DNA of 64,000 nt. Origin: Strigamia acuminata. Taxonomy: Eukaryota. This document shows, in pieces, positions 1 to 12,200 of the stretch (positions within the stretch are counted from its first letter, which is position 1; every line of letters begins with the position of its first letter). The stretch is from the NCBI GenBank assembly GCA_949358305.1, contig OX442314.1, forward strand, positions 27,776,001 through 27,840,000. The letters are read 5' to 3'. The notes beneath the pieces are model-generated. The model had not been told where the DNA came from, ran no database searches, and saw only the letters and a list, made by a program, of their open reading frames with translations. Position numbers and translations under genes: made by a program.

Positions 1-59
1 GAAACTGCAGCAATTGTTTATTACCACAGGTAAAATTTTAATATTTCTTTAAAATATTC

Positions 60-660
60 TACATCATTATGTTTTTCAACTTTATGATGACTTTGATTGA
101 ACTTTTGATAGATTTGATAGAATTTTTGATAAATTTGATAGAATTTTTGATAAATTTGATAGAATTTTTGGTAAATTTAATGGATTTTTTGATGGATTTA
201 ATGGAGTTTTTGATAGATTTAATAGAATTTTTGATAAATTTAATTAAAATTTCTGAAAGATTTCTTTCTGTTTTAACAAAAGAAATTAACATAAATTAAC
301 AATTTTGATGAATTTTTGCGATTTCTGAAAAGATTTAGTGATTTCCAATGAACTTTAGTGATTTTCGATAAACTTTAGTGATTTCCGATGAACGTTAGTG
401 ATTTCCGATGAACGTTAATGATTTCAATAAAATTTAGTGATGATTTCCGATGAGGTTCAGCGATTTCCAATGAGATTTAGCGATTTCCGATAAGATTTAG
501 CAATTCCCGAATGAATTTTTATGAAAATCGCTAAATTTTATCAGAAATCACTTAAGCTCATCAAAAATCACCAAAGCTGATAGAAAATCACAAAAGTTCA
601 TTGGAAATCACTAAATTTTTTCATAAATTACTAAATTTCATCGGAAATTGTTACATTTCT
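60..660. repeat. Degenerate ~21-bp AT-rich minisatellites, partly inverted
   Basis: Tandem gatagaatttttgataaattt units (~100-250) and ttagtgatttccgatgaac-like units (~335-500), with inverted gaaatcactaaa-like copies at ~525-650. The short ORFs here reflect this periodicity. Confidence 0.75.
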
Positions 661-1270
661 ATGAATTGCCTTCCAAAATTTTTCTTAATAAATTCGATAT
701 TTGTATACTTTTTTAACTATACTGTTTCAGAAAAGTTATTAATTGGTAAACACCGGATATTTATGCAAAAAAATTTGCTTTATGCACATACAATTTGCAA
801 AAAAAAACCTATTTTATGCAGTAAAAAATATAAAAATATTCTAAAGCTTCAAATAAATGCCTAGATTGAATTAGAACTTTCTAGAATGTGTTGGAGGGAA
901 TGCCCACTGCACGTCACTGATTATGAGGGGGAAATAGTGTGGGGAATGACCTGCACACCTCTAGCCTAAGGCATCCAATGGAATGCTAATCTGTTTCCAT
1001 ATTCATCAATGTGTACTGTGTTTGTTTACACTGGACAGCCTCATTTTGAATCAAGGGTGACGTCATTGGTAAACACTGCCATTCCAGCTCAATTATTTTG
1101 CTAATTAGACATCTGCCATTATTTTAAAATATGTTTACATTTTTTGTATAGTATTTCTTATTTTTTAAAATTTAATTTAATATTAAAAAAAATTTATTAT
1201 TTATCTCCAAAGATCCAGTTGTTTCATTCTCAGAATGTCATCATGTCATTACCAATTGAAGGAAAGTGAA

Positions 1271-2420
1271 ATGAGCGAAATTTTACATAACAGTAAACAT
1301 GACGACTCATTTGTAAGTAAAATATACACCTCAAAGGTATTACAATCTAACTAATCTTCTTTTTGAATAATTTTCAGGAAAGTTCAATGAATATTAATGC
1401 AGAATCATCAGGATTTGGTAAGAAAGGTATTAAAAAGATTAGTAATAAAAATTATTTACAGGGATCAAAGAGACCACCTGTAACTGATGACAACAATCCA
1501 TTATTGCGGTCATCTTTAAGTGAAAGAGAGGCTAAAAAAGTTGCAAAATATTTAAAGGTAGACAATTCAGACAGAAGATGGAAGAATTAAAATATGTCAA
1601 TTATTCTTTATTTATAATTTGTTTAGAACCAACCATTTGCAAGAAAACACTTGGAATTTAATAATGCAGAAGAACAAGGAACCAGTATGCCTTCAGTATG
1701 TATGCCTTCAGTTCAATAACAAAAAACATCATTTAAACATTCTTAAATTCAATATTGTTTCAGCTTATCATTGCTTTTGTTCAAGAGAACAAATCAGCAA
1801 TGAAGATCCTCCAAAAAAAATACGTAGCCTAAAAAAGAAGCAACCTAAGGAAAGCAGACAGCAGCAGGAAATAATTAGTAGGCCACCAAATAAAACAGTT
1901 GCACCAGAAATTAGTGTAAATCAACTTGTCATTAATTTAATATACTTTAAAGCATAAATCTAATATATATATATTTTTTGCTTTTATTTTTTAGGAATGT
2001 GTGAGAATGGCATACAGAGTACAAGTGATCAGGAAAAGATTGGAATATTGGTTCACAATTTAAGTTAGTCTACAGTCAAAGTTATTATACCATAGTAATA
2101 TTTTTAAAGAAATAATTAAATATTTATAATTTTTTTCAGTATTTTTAAACCTGAAAATCAAGCATTGACGAAGTACATTAAGGATTACGTCTAAGCGGAT
2201 AAACCAAATGTCACAGAATTAGAAATTGACTGTAAGCATAATAGTCTTTTTGATTTTGTTTGTGTAATAACATATAATTTTAATCCTAGTGGCAATGAAG
2301 TGTTCTTATTTATCCCAGAAGGAAAAAGCATGTCGGCAAAACGAACGGATGGAGCAATTCATTTATAGCAATTCATGTCCTCCTAAAAATGCACCTGCGT
2401 GGACAGTTGAATTAAATCAT
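1271..2420 (+). pseudogene. Possible small multi-exon gene remnant of unknown function
   Basis: Short exon-like blocks separated by ~60-nt GT..AG segments (e.g. 1313-1377). I could not splice it fully in frame. Confidence 0.25.
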
Positions 2421-2966
2421 ATAAGTTAGGTTTTGATGTGGTTTTCCTAAATGATTAAAAACAGTTGGCCACATTAATATATTTTCATTCTCCCAACTAT
2501 GTTTTAAAAAAAATGTAAAAAAATTTTTCAATTAAAAGAATATTTTCAATTATTTATGACTGATGGTGGTTATTTATTTCACATTTTTTAAAAACATTTT
2601 CAAGCCTGAATCAAAATTAAAATCTTTTTTTTCACATTTAATGTTGTAAATATGCAGAAAAGGTTAAAAAGTTCACTTAAATTTCTTGGAATGTTTGTGT
2701 AAATTTACAGAAATTTTCTGGAATTCATTAGCAAATGTACTGTAAATCCAATTTAAATTTACTGTAAATATCATGACAAACTTAATTAAACTTGTTGTAA
2801 ATATGCAGTAAAATCTGTTTGTAAAGTGTCTGTTTACAAGATGATAAATCCTTGTTAAATTCCGTATTTAACAATCATTGTAAACGCAGTTAAACGTATG
2901 TAAAGTTGATGTTTACAATATGTTTACAAGAATTTTACAATTTGTAAATATTAATTTTCAAGCAGT

Positions 2967-5900
2967 GTTAGACAGTCAGCAACCCACGTGAATCTTGTGC
3001 AGTATGAAGACCGACTCGACCACCTTCTTCAACGTTTTTGGGAGTTGGAGGCAGTAGGCATTCCCCACGAAACTCTCACCAGCGCCCAGGACGAAGATGA
3101 TCAAGCAGTAGCAAAGTTTAAAGAGTCCATCAACTGGACGGGAGAACGGTACGAGGTACGACTGCCTTGGTTGCTGGACAAATCAGAGTTGGACAGCAAC
3201 TATCAAATTGCACTTAAGAGACTGTGGAATCTTGTTCGCAAGTTTAAACAAAATCCGGACTTGTACCATCGCTATAAGAAGGTTCTGGACGACCAGAAAA
3301 TTGCTGGAATAATCGAAACGGCCCCAGAAGTCGCCAACCAGAGTGGGTGTTACTACCTCCCGCATCGACCAGTAATTCGAGAGCGGCGAAGCACCACAAA
3401 ATTGAGAATAGTCTACGACGCTTCGTCACACGCGCAGAAGAGTCGCTCTCTCAATGACTGCCTGTTTACAGGACCCAATCTCCTACCAGAATTAATCAAC
3501 GCCCTTTTATTTTTCAGACAATATATTGTGGCAATGATTGGCGACATCAAACAGGCATTCCATCAAATTTTGCTGGCTTTGGCTGACCGAGACGCGGTGA
3601 GGTTTCTGTGGATCGCAGACGGATGGGACGTTGAAGGACCAATCGTGTTGGAGATTCTCCGACAAACCAGAGTCCTGTTTGGGGCATCTCCAAGTCCCTA
3701 CCTGTTGAATGGAACAATACAACACCATCTCGAACAATATTCAGATCGTTTTCCCAAATTAATTGTCAAATTGCTAAAGAGATTTTATGTGGATGACTTT
3801 TTAAACAGCGAAAAAACGACAACAGAAGCCATTGACGTCTACAAGAAGACATCAACCATCATGCTCGAGGCCAACATGGAGCTGGTGAAATGGTACAGCA
3901 ATTCCCCAGTGCTACGAGAGCAATTTGCTGTTGACCACCCAACTGCAACGTTCGAAAGTGAGCAAAAGGTGTTGGGCCTGAAGTGGAATGGCGAGAGAGA
4001 CGACTTGTCACTAGAACTCGAGGATGTGAAAGCAACTTTGGAACGTGAATCGAACACTAAACGGCAGGTTATTCAATTGGTTGCGCAGATCTTCGATCCG
4101 TTAGGATTTGCGTCGCCGTTTACAGTTTCAGGAAAGCTGTTTTTCCAGCAGTTGTGGAAATTGCAGATTGGATGGGACAGTCGTCTTCCCCTCGAACTTC
4201 TCGAACAGTGGGAGAAATGGAAAAAGCAGTTGCCATTGTTGGAAAATATTTGCGTGCCACGACATTTTGGCTTGGATGCAGACTTGAATAATCACGAAAT
4301 CCATCTGTTTTGTGATGCGAGCCCCTTAGCGTACGGGGTGGTGGCGTACAATCGTGTGCGTCACCCAAATGGAAGTTGTAATGTATTTTTTATTCTTTCC
4401 AAATGCAGGATCGCGCCAATTAAGACGATTACATTGCCCAGACTCGAGTTGATGGGAGCTTTGCTGCTAGCCAGAATTGCACACAGACTGAAACAATTCA
4501 CGACCGCGAAGGTCACAGCTTGGACAGATTCGACAATTGTTTTGTGTTGGCTAAACGAGAAAAGGAAAGCCATTCCATTCGTAGCCAGGAGAGTGGAAGA
4601 AATCCAAACGCACGTACCTTTTTCGAATTGGCGACACTGTCCAGAAGTCCAAAATCCAGCAGATCTCCTAACACGTGGAATAGATGCAGAGGCGTTGATT
4701 CAAGCGAGTGCGTGGTGGAGTGGCCCCGAGTGGCTCACGAAGGACGAGAATGAATGGCCAAGCAGTAAAATAGACGAGAATAGCGACGAGATCGATTCAG
4801 AGGACTATTTGGCAGCAACAGTCGTGATTCCAGAGCCACCATTGATGGACAAGCCATCAAAATACGGCAGCTGGAGGCGATTAATACGAATAACCGGATG
4901 GGTGAAAAGATTTATCCAAAATAGCAGAGACAAAGTTCGAAATGGCGCACCGTTGACAGTGGATGAATTGTTAGCAGCTGAACTTTATTGGTTTCGTGCA
5001 ATTCAACAATCAAACTTTGCAACAGAACTCACAACTCTCAGCCATCGTCAGGAGTTCGCTCCTAACTCTTTTTTGAACAAAGTGACATGTTATATAGACG
5101 AAAATGGTTTAATGCGATTGAATACCAGATTGCGATGGGCAGCAGTCAACAGCGACTTGAAAAACCCATATGTTTTGCCCTCAAATCACATTTTAACCAC
5201 TCTTATCGTTTCAGAAGCACATCAAAGAATTTTCCACGGTGGACTTGGAGAAACTTTGGCAGAAATTCGTCAAAGGTTCTGGATGCCAAAGTTGAGAAGG
5301 ACAGTAAAAAGCGTGTTGCACAAATGTTTCGTGTGCAAGCGAGTGCAAGGACGTTTCGTGCGCCAGACAGAATCATCATTGCCACCAGATCGTGTCACTC
5401 AAGCAGAGCCATTTCAAGTCGTTGGAATCGATTTCGCTGGCCCCCTGTACCAACGTAGTGGAGAAAAATGCTACATCGTCGTGTTCACGTGTGCGGTTGT
5501 TCGAGCCGTGCACTTGGAATTAGTTTCAAACATGAATACGGAGCAATTCATTCAGGCATTGAAACGATTTTTTGCACGTCGAGGAGTTCCGAGCACGATT
5601 TACTCCGACAATGCGTTGACTTTCAAGCGAACGGAGAAAGAACTTTGCGTTTTGTTGAATGCAGTGAGAGGCGAACAAATGCAGGGATTTCTGACCGAAC
5701 GAGGCGTGAGATGGCAGTATATCGTCGAACGTGCGCCATGGTGGGGTGGCTTTTGGGAGCGTATGGTGAAGTCAACAAAGTCCAGTTTAAAGAAAGTTTT
5801 GGGGAAATCGTCTCTTGACTTTGAAGAGTTAACCACTGTTCTTGCAGAAGTTGAGTCATGCATAAACTCACGCCCCCTCTCTTACGTGTATACAGAAGAC

Positions 5901-6619
5901 GAAAATAATTACCCATTAACTCCAGCTCATTTTTTAGTCGGAAAACGAAGCTGTACATTGCCAGACCCCAGCCAAAAAACCATTCAACAGTTGCCATCGA
6001 CATCAGTCACGATTTTGAAGCGTTGGAAACTCCGTCAACTGAAGTTAGGACATTGGTGGACGCGATGGCAAAAGGAATATCTCACCGAATTGAGAGTTCA
6101 CCGTAAGAATGACAAGAATTCACGAGAAGTTCAACAAGGAGATGTTGTTCTCGTAGAAGAGTTAAACCAGCCCAGGATGACCTGGAAAATAGGAAGAGTC
6201 GTCGAAATATTCCGAGGACGAGACGGTCGTGTTCGTGCATGCGAGATAAAATTATCAGTCGGGAAGAACTTGCGGCGACCCGTACAGCGATTGTGCGTTC
6301 TGGAAACTCACGACATGGAAGAGTTGAGTGGTGATACCACTCTGGCCCCAGTGTAAAAACTGGCGTTGTTAGAAGCAGCAAGGTCGCACGTACTCGAGGG
6401 GAAAAGCACAGCGCAGCGCAGAGAAGCCAACCTGCAGGAGGTGTTTTTGAGTGATATTGGATGACGCGTGACCGGAAGTGCTGTAAAAGTGTCATAAATT
6501 ATCTTGTTTCACCTTTTGTTCCCCTGATTTTGTATTTGCGACCCCCAGAAATTACAATAAACTTGTTCTTAACCCAAAAAAGACATGCTTTATTTCGAGA
6601 ATTCATAAAAGTTAGAACA
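2967..6619 (+). mobile_element. BEL/Pao LTR retrotransposon, 5'-truncated
   Basis: Pao-type pol ORF followed by a purine tract (caggagg) and a candidate 3' LTR (TGT...ACA, 6442-6619) containing AATAAA. Confidence 0.9.
2988..6356 (+). CDS. pol: BEL/Pao polyprotein C-terminal part (RT, RNase H, integrase)
   Basis: YYLPHRPV, KLRIVYDAS, VLFGASPSP, FYVDD (RT); HLFCDAS, NPADLLTRG (RNase H/A17 region); H..H..CFVC, GIDFAGP, YSDNA, GGFWER (integrase). Confidence 0.95.
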   Translation: MNLVQYEDRLDHLLQRFWELEAVGIPHETLTSAQDEDDQAVAKFKESINWTGERYEVRLPWLLDKSELDSNYQIALKRLWNLVRKFKQNPDLYHRYKKVLDDQKIAGIIETAPEVANQSGCYYLPHRPVIRERRSTTKLRIVYDASSHAQKSRSLNDCLFTGPNLLPELINALLFFRQYIVAMIGDIKQAFHQILLALADRDAVRFLWIADGWDVEGPIVLEILRQTRVLFGASPSPYLLNGTIQHHLEQYSDRFPKLIVKLLKRFYVDDFLNSEKTTTEAIDVYKKTSTIMLEANMELVKWYSNSPVLREQFAVDHPTATFESEQKVLGLKWNGERDDLSLELEDVKATLERESNTKRQVIQLVAQIFDPLGFASPFTVSGKLFFQQLWKLQIGWDSRLPLELLEQWEKWKKQLPLLENICVPRHFGLDADLNNHEIHLFCDASPLAYGVVAYNRVRHPNGSCNVFFILSKCRIAPIKTITLPRLELMGALLLARIAHRLKQFTTAKVTAWTDSTIVLCWLNEKRKAIPFVARRVEEIQTHVPFSNWRHCPEVQNPADLLTRGIDAEALIQASAWWSGPEWLTKDENEWPSSKIDENSDEIDSEDYLAATVVIPEPPLMDKPSKYGSWRRLIRITGWVKRFIQNSRDKVRNGAPLTVDELLAAELYWFRAIQQSNFATELTTLSHRQEFAPNSFLNKVTCYIDENGLMRLNTRLRWAAVNSDLKNPYVLPSNHILTTLIVSEAHQRIFHGGLGETLAEIRQRFWMPKLRRTVKSVLHKCFVCKRVQGRFVRQTESSLPPDRVTQAEPFQVVGIDFAGPLYQRSGEKCYIVVFTCAVVRAVHLELVSNMNTEQFIQALKRFFARRGVPSTIYSDNALTFKRTEKELCVLLNAVRGEQMQGFLTERGVRWQYIVERAPWWGGFWERMVKSTKSSLKKVLGKSSLDFEELTTVLAEVESCINSRPLSYVYTEDENNYPLTPAHFLVGKRSCTLPDPSQKTIQQLPSTSVTILKRWKLRQLKLGHWWTRWQKEYLTELRVHRKNDKNSREVQQGDVVLVEELNQPRMTWKIGRVVEIFRGRDGRVRACEIKLSVGKNLRRPVQRLCVLETHDMEELSGDTTLAPV

Positions 6620-6652
6620 GTAGTAAATTTACACAGTTTTAGTCAAAATTAG

Positions 6653-7149
6653 TTACAAATCGACTTTACGAATCTTCAAAACTGCTTCACTAATCAACAA
6701 ATGATGAAATGTGTTGCAGTCAGTGTTCCGGTTCAACTCCAACATTCTGTAAACGGTTTCGTCGTCCAAATGTTGCAGTTTAATCATCTGCAATAACCGG
6801 ACGGCAGCACGCTCTCTATTACGATCGCCGTTGCATTTCCACTTGAAAATGCACCGAGCAATCGCATTGCAGCGAGAAACGTCGTTGCCACATTCAATTA
6901 AATAACGCATTTCGGGTTCACTCAACAATTGAATGCTTTCATTCCCTGCTAGTGCTCAATGTTACTCAGAAATTGTAATAATTTACAATCTCGTCGGCAG
7001 AGATCGTATTGAGTGGCCAAACTCCAAACTTTGGGGAACGTTTCCACACTGACGTCATCAGCTAATCGGTCCCAGCAATGGCGAAGCAAATCATGAATTC
7101 GCATCAAATGACAGGTGGAAATTAACTCTGTCAGCAGACGGTAAGTCAC
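6653..7149 (-). pseudogene. BTB/BACK-domain-like fragment, copy 1 (frameshifted)
   Basis: Two ORFs join by a 1-nt shift. The pattern L..C...L...V......VW.LA.QY...L.FL....L....L.W...D..R....LL..I.L resembles a BACK domain. A paralogous copy lies at 50496-51005. Confidence 0.5.
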
Positions 7150-7689
7150 GAACCACTCATTACAATTCTCAGAAATCTCATGAATTATTTAAAATACACA
7201 GTAGTAATTACTTGTCAACTTTCACAAAACATCAATATAGCTGCAATGCGGTGTTTTTGAGTGGATCGAGTGCCACGTTTTCACCTCAGTGGAGTTTAAA
7301 ACCGTATGTATTTTTTCATGTCTATATTCAATTGATTATGAGCTTATGAGAGAGATATTCAATCATATTCGAGTTTTGCAAATCTGGATCAAATCATAAT
7401 AAAAAAAAAGCACTGGATTTGCAAAATAACATTCAAATTTATGTGAATCCCACTCTCTCAATACTATCAATAGTCAGTATATCAACAAGAATGTAATTAT
7501 CACACGGCTTTAAGTTCTGTTATTTTTTTAATGAAAGACGTCAGTTGCATTATTTTCGGATTGCTGTGACAACCGAAGCTACGACATTTGCCCGAATGCA
7601 CCGTAACGTGTTTTGAAAGGTTCCTGAATAAACCAATCAGAACGAGCGGTGTAGCATGGGTTGCCATCAAGCAGAGCAAAACTGGTATT

Positions 7690-8400
7690 GTGCTCCCCTA
7701 CCCAGGTAGTATTCCCTTCCACCTTGGCACAAGAGGTGCCCCCTTAGGACTCTGAATTTCATGGGCCCCTAATTCCAAAAATAAAATATTTTGACGGTAT
7801 GGTCTTACCCATGGTAACCTGGGGTGGAACGCATTCTCACGTAAAATAAGACAAGGACTCCAGATTGTTGGGTTGTTGTCCTTTAATCGTTGTCTAGGGA
7901 TTGGAGTCTCCAGTCTACCCACTTGTTGGCGAAGGCACGCCACACCAGCAACTGACCTGTAACACACAGGGAGGGATCCCCATGAATGACGTGGCCGGTT
8001 GGACATAACTATTCTGCTGTACTCACCTGTACAGCCCATGCAACTGCTTATGGAGGCTGTAGTGGTATTGACGTCTCACCACTAAGCGTCGCAGTGGTGA
8101 ATAGGGAGGAAAGCTGAGTCAGCACAGAGCACAACTGCTTTTGCTGGTTTCAGGACTTCACTTCACATGTCTGTCTCAGTTGAGACCCAGCGCTCTTTTC
8201 TCTCCCTGCACCATTCAGCTCCCTCCTTCTCCGTACTGGGTAATCCAACTCCGCGAGGAGGGGTGACCTTGGGGCTGTTGGGCAGAGTGTGGTAGTGCCG
8301 CAAGTCACACTCGGGTGACCAAGCGGCCACAAAATTAAGCAATTGCAAAGGGACACAGTCTATACTGTGCCGAAACTTAGAACTACGGGTGCATCCGGAG
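7690..8400 (-). repeat. GC-rich interspersed repeat (LINE 5'UTR/SINE-like)
   Basis: Near-identical copy at ~51545-52260. A diverged, oppositely oriented relative lies at ~10800-11186 plus ~34380-34610, split by the Gypsy insertion. Confidence 0.6.
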
Positions 8401-9250
8401 TAAGATAAAAGAATGTTTGGTTTGTTTATTTAGATGAGGTAGTGTGAGTTGAGAGTGAGGTATTGTTGTTGTTTGTATTTGCTGTGAGTATTGGTTTGTG
8501 ATCCCAGAATTATGAGATACTCTATGATGTAGGAACATAGATTCTAACTGCCAAAAAGTTTACTAAAATAATGAAATATGGATATACAAGTACTGCTATT
8601 GCTTCTATGTTGCTGTTGCTGTTTTTATAACTTAATATTAATATTTTATGTGTTTACACTTTCAAACCAAAATTATAAATTGATTTGGAAGAAACCTGTG
8701 AGGCATCATTTTGACAAGCTAGAATTAAAAAACACAAAGTCTTGGAGTTGTTATTCAGATTTTAGTTGGATTTTACGAGAATCATACACTGCAAAAAATT
8801 TTGGATTTCCAAAAATAAAGTTATTGGAAATTTAATGGTGAAATTGGATAAATTCCAGTTTGGAAATATAATAGAAAGGAAATGAGAAATATTTCATGGA
8901 AAGTTGAATTTCTGTAAATTTACAACACTGAAAGATGATGTTGTAAGTTTTTGTTAAATGTATGGAAAGCTAATGTAAATTAGGTTTGGAAATTTAAATT
9001 TATGTAAATTTTCAACACTGAAAGATGGTGTTGCAAATTATTGTAATTGTATGGAAAATTAAGTTGGAAACAAATTAATTTTTGAAGTTTTACAACCATA
9101 AACATTTATGGGAAAAACAAATTAAATTAAATAAAAATTTTAATCCAAAAAAACAAGTTTATTAATTTTTCTGATCATTTATGTACCATCGATTGTTAAA
9201 CTACATACAAGTTACGTACTTTTATCTTTTAACCTTGATTTGTAGACAAA

Positions 9251-12200
9251 ATGCCCGCTCCTAAAGCTTTGCGCATCCGTTGGATCCGTATCCGTACTCG
9301 CCAATTTGTGCGACAAGAATTGCAAACTTCACTGTCGGGCAAAGATAGTTTGCAATATATAAACAAAGTTGTCGAGAACACTGGAATAGTTCGTGCACTT
9401 TGGTTGGTTGGTTGGTTGGTTTGTTTCGGCATTTGCGGTTATCAAACATGGGAAAGATTACAATTCTACATGTCTGGACCCTACAAAGTTGAAATTGATT
9501 TTGTTCCAATTCAAGAAAGTAGATTCGCTGAAATTAGACTCATGGCGCTTGATACTCCTCTGATGTCGGAGTACTGGGACAAAATACCAGAAGGTAATTC
9601 AATTGATGATGTAAAAGAAAGAATGAGAGCTTGCAGCATCCCAGTGAGAGGAATCATTTCGAAGAAAGTCAAAGTTAAAAATTACACACACTTGTGGGAG
9701 CATTCCAATATTTCAGAAAATATGCAGCACTCTAAGTTGAGACAAGTAAGTAACCTTGGATAAATAAAAGAGCTATATGAAAAAAATTAGACTTTGACCG
9801 ATACCGGTATCGGTATTGGCTATCGGCCGATATTTCGGTATTCACCGATATCGGATCCGATATTTTTTGGCCTGGCCGACACCGATATTGCCACGTTACT
9901 AAAACGTTTTAGACTAAACGATACGTTTTAGAAACGCTTTTGAAGCAGTATAAATTATATACTGTTTCTAAAACATAAAATAAATTAATAAACGCAATTT
10001 TAATTTAATTTTTTTTTATTTTGGGGGGTGGTGGAGGGGGTCGGACATTTTAATTTTAATATCGGCGCAGGTATCGGTATCGGCCGATATTCGGTTGCCG
10101 ATTATCGGTATAGGCGATACTGCAAAAGATCAATATGGGTCAAAGTCTAAGAAAAATATTGTTGCCAGTATTTTGTTAATTACTACTTTTTCAGGGCAAA
10201 ACTGTATTACTTGAGACCAAGATGAGAAATGGCAATTACACAAACCAAGAGACAACAGTTGAAATAAAATACAAGAATTCTGTTTTCGGCAGTACACTGA
10301 TTGGGAAAACAGGTAAAATTAATATAATCATATTTTCCATTTATTATATAATCTTTTTTGGCTGTATTTTTTTCTTTTTTATTTTTTTTTAGATTTACTA
10401 CCGGTTCAAAAGAGAAAATTGCATATCCTTTTTAAAAAAAATGGAACCTGTGACGTACCAATGGTTGCAGTAAGTTCACTTTGTCAAATTGGGAATTCGT
10501 AATATGTGCAATATTCTTAAGCGCAATTATACCAATCACACTTAAGAATGGTGTTGCATAGTGCAAATATTCGTACCTGTGACGCGTACAAATTACGTAG
10601 GCATGCGTTTGCTCAATTAGCGGATGCCTAAATCGGCCGAAAATGTCGGCGCCGACTCGAAGTCGCTTTGCTTGCAATGTTGGCACTGACTTCTCCCAAT
10701 CATGCATTGACCGCTCCACACTGCAACGATCCGGGTCTTTCTATTTAATATTCGGAAGGAATAATAAATAATCACCTTTGAGATGCCGTATTGAACTTTG
10801 TTACCGCTTGGCCACCCAGGGTCACCTGCGTCACTGCCACACACCACCTTACAGCCCCAAAGTCATCCCCTTTATGGGTGGACTGACCTAGCCTAGGAGA
10901 GGAGGGAGCTGAGTGGTGTGGTGGAGACTCAAGTGTGAGAGGTGAGAGAGAGAGGTTGGTTTGTCTCTCTGTCTGTGACCGGTCGTGCTAGAGAGAGGTG
11001 AGTCTCTCTCCGACTGTGAGGGAGAGAGGAGCTGTGATCATCGAGGGGACAAGAAGTGTCCCGGGCTATCGTGGACTCTGCACTCCTTGCCATTCACCAC
11101 AGCAAAGCTCAGTACTATGGCGGTCTCCTTAGTGCACCCTCCATGAGTGGCTGCATGGGTCATGAGTGAGTACGACATGAATGTTATGTTTGTCGCGCCC
11201 CTACTTCGCTCTTGCAGACTCGTGGGTTGATTACTTAATTCGACTAACTCACTACCGCTTTGTTCGAGCGGTTTACCCAAAGAAATGATTACACAGATAT
11301 AAAAGGTAAAATATAATATAGATTTATTCTGTGGGACAATGTACAGATATATCTTATATATATATATGAAAGGTAAGTAAAAGGTAAATCGGAATGGGTG
11401 ATGGGAATGGAAAGGTAAAGGTAAGATGAAAGCTGGCTGGAATCGGCGAGGTCGTCTGTTGTCTCGTTCGTGTTTAAGATGGCGTCCTCGTTGTGGCAAC
11501 GTGATGTCGTCTTGGGCCGGCGTGGCAATATGGCGTCCTCGACTCGTCTCTGGCTGGTCCTTCGGGCTCACGCTGGTCAGGCGCGAGTGAATGCTTAGTT
11601 AAAAGGCTTACTTCGGTCTGTTGTCTAGGTTTTTGTGTGGTGTCCGGCGATCACACAGCGGCGGACTCTTCTGGCTCCCGGCGGTCACACAGCGGCGGGA
11701 ACGCTCGTCGTTGTTTTACTGCAGTTTAGGCTTGTGCGACCGTTTGTCTGCACAACTCGCTAAACTGGAGTGGTTTTTACTATTTCTAGCTGGTGTGCTA
11801 AAATAGTGTGGTAATCTTATCTCGCAGGTTACTCTGCGGAGTTTGACACTGACCAAACGTACTCACGGTAAATTGTCCTTTGTCCTTGGTCAATCCCAGT
11901 ATATTTACTTGGGCCTGATCTTGTAGGACGACGGGTTTTACGTGTGTTTCTCGTTTGATGGTTGTGTTGGTTCTGCCCGCTCAGTGCAAGGCACATTCCT
12001 TTGCACAAAGCGGGGTTGACAGGTGACCGGAATCACCCAATGGTGGGGTGGACGAGCCATCCCCACTCCCTCAGGGCAGACGCCTGTCCATTGACTAGAT
12101 GTCAATGCACTGAGGGAAGGGAGACGCGCTTGCGGCTCCCCTTACACTCGAAACGAGGTCACGAGAGAAACTCTTCGTTGACCCCGGTCCAGTCGGGTCA

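Larger units (their letters stand above)
1..2966. mobile_element. Probable right part of a CACTG/CMC-type DNA transposon
   Basis: Ends in ...ttcaagCAGTG (reverse complement CACTG) just before the BEL coding sequence starts abruptly. Subterminal tgtaaa/tttaca repeats lie at ~2640-2950. The left end is not in the window. Confidence 0.4.

Noticed and set aside
59..299. Overlapping 76-77 aa ORFs
   Set aside because: Artefacts of the 21-bp minisatellite.
7690..8400. HDV-like ribozyme or coding ORFs in the GC-rich repeat
   Set aside because: No convincing nested pseudoknot by eye, and the short ORFs lack recognisable motifs.
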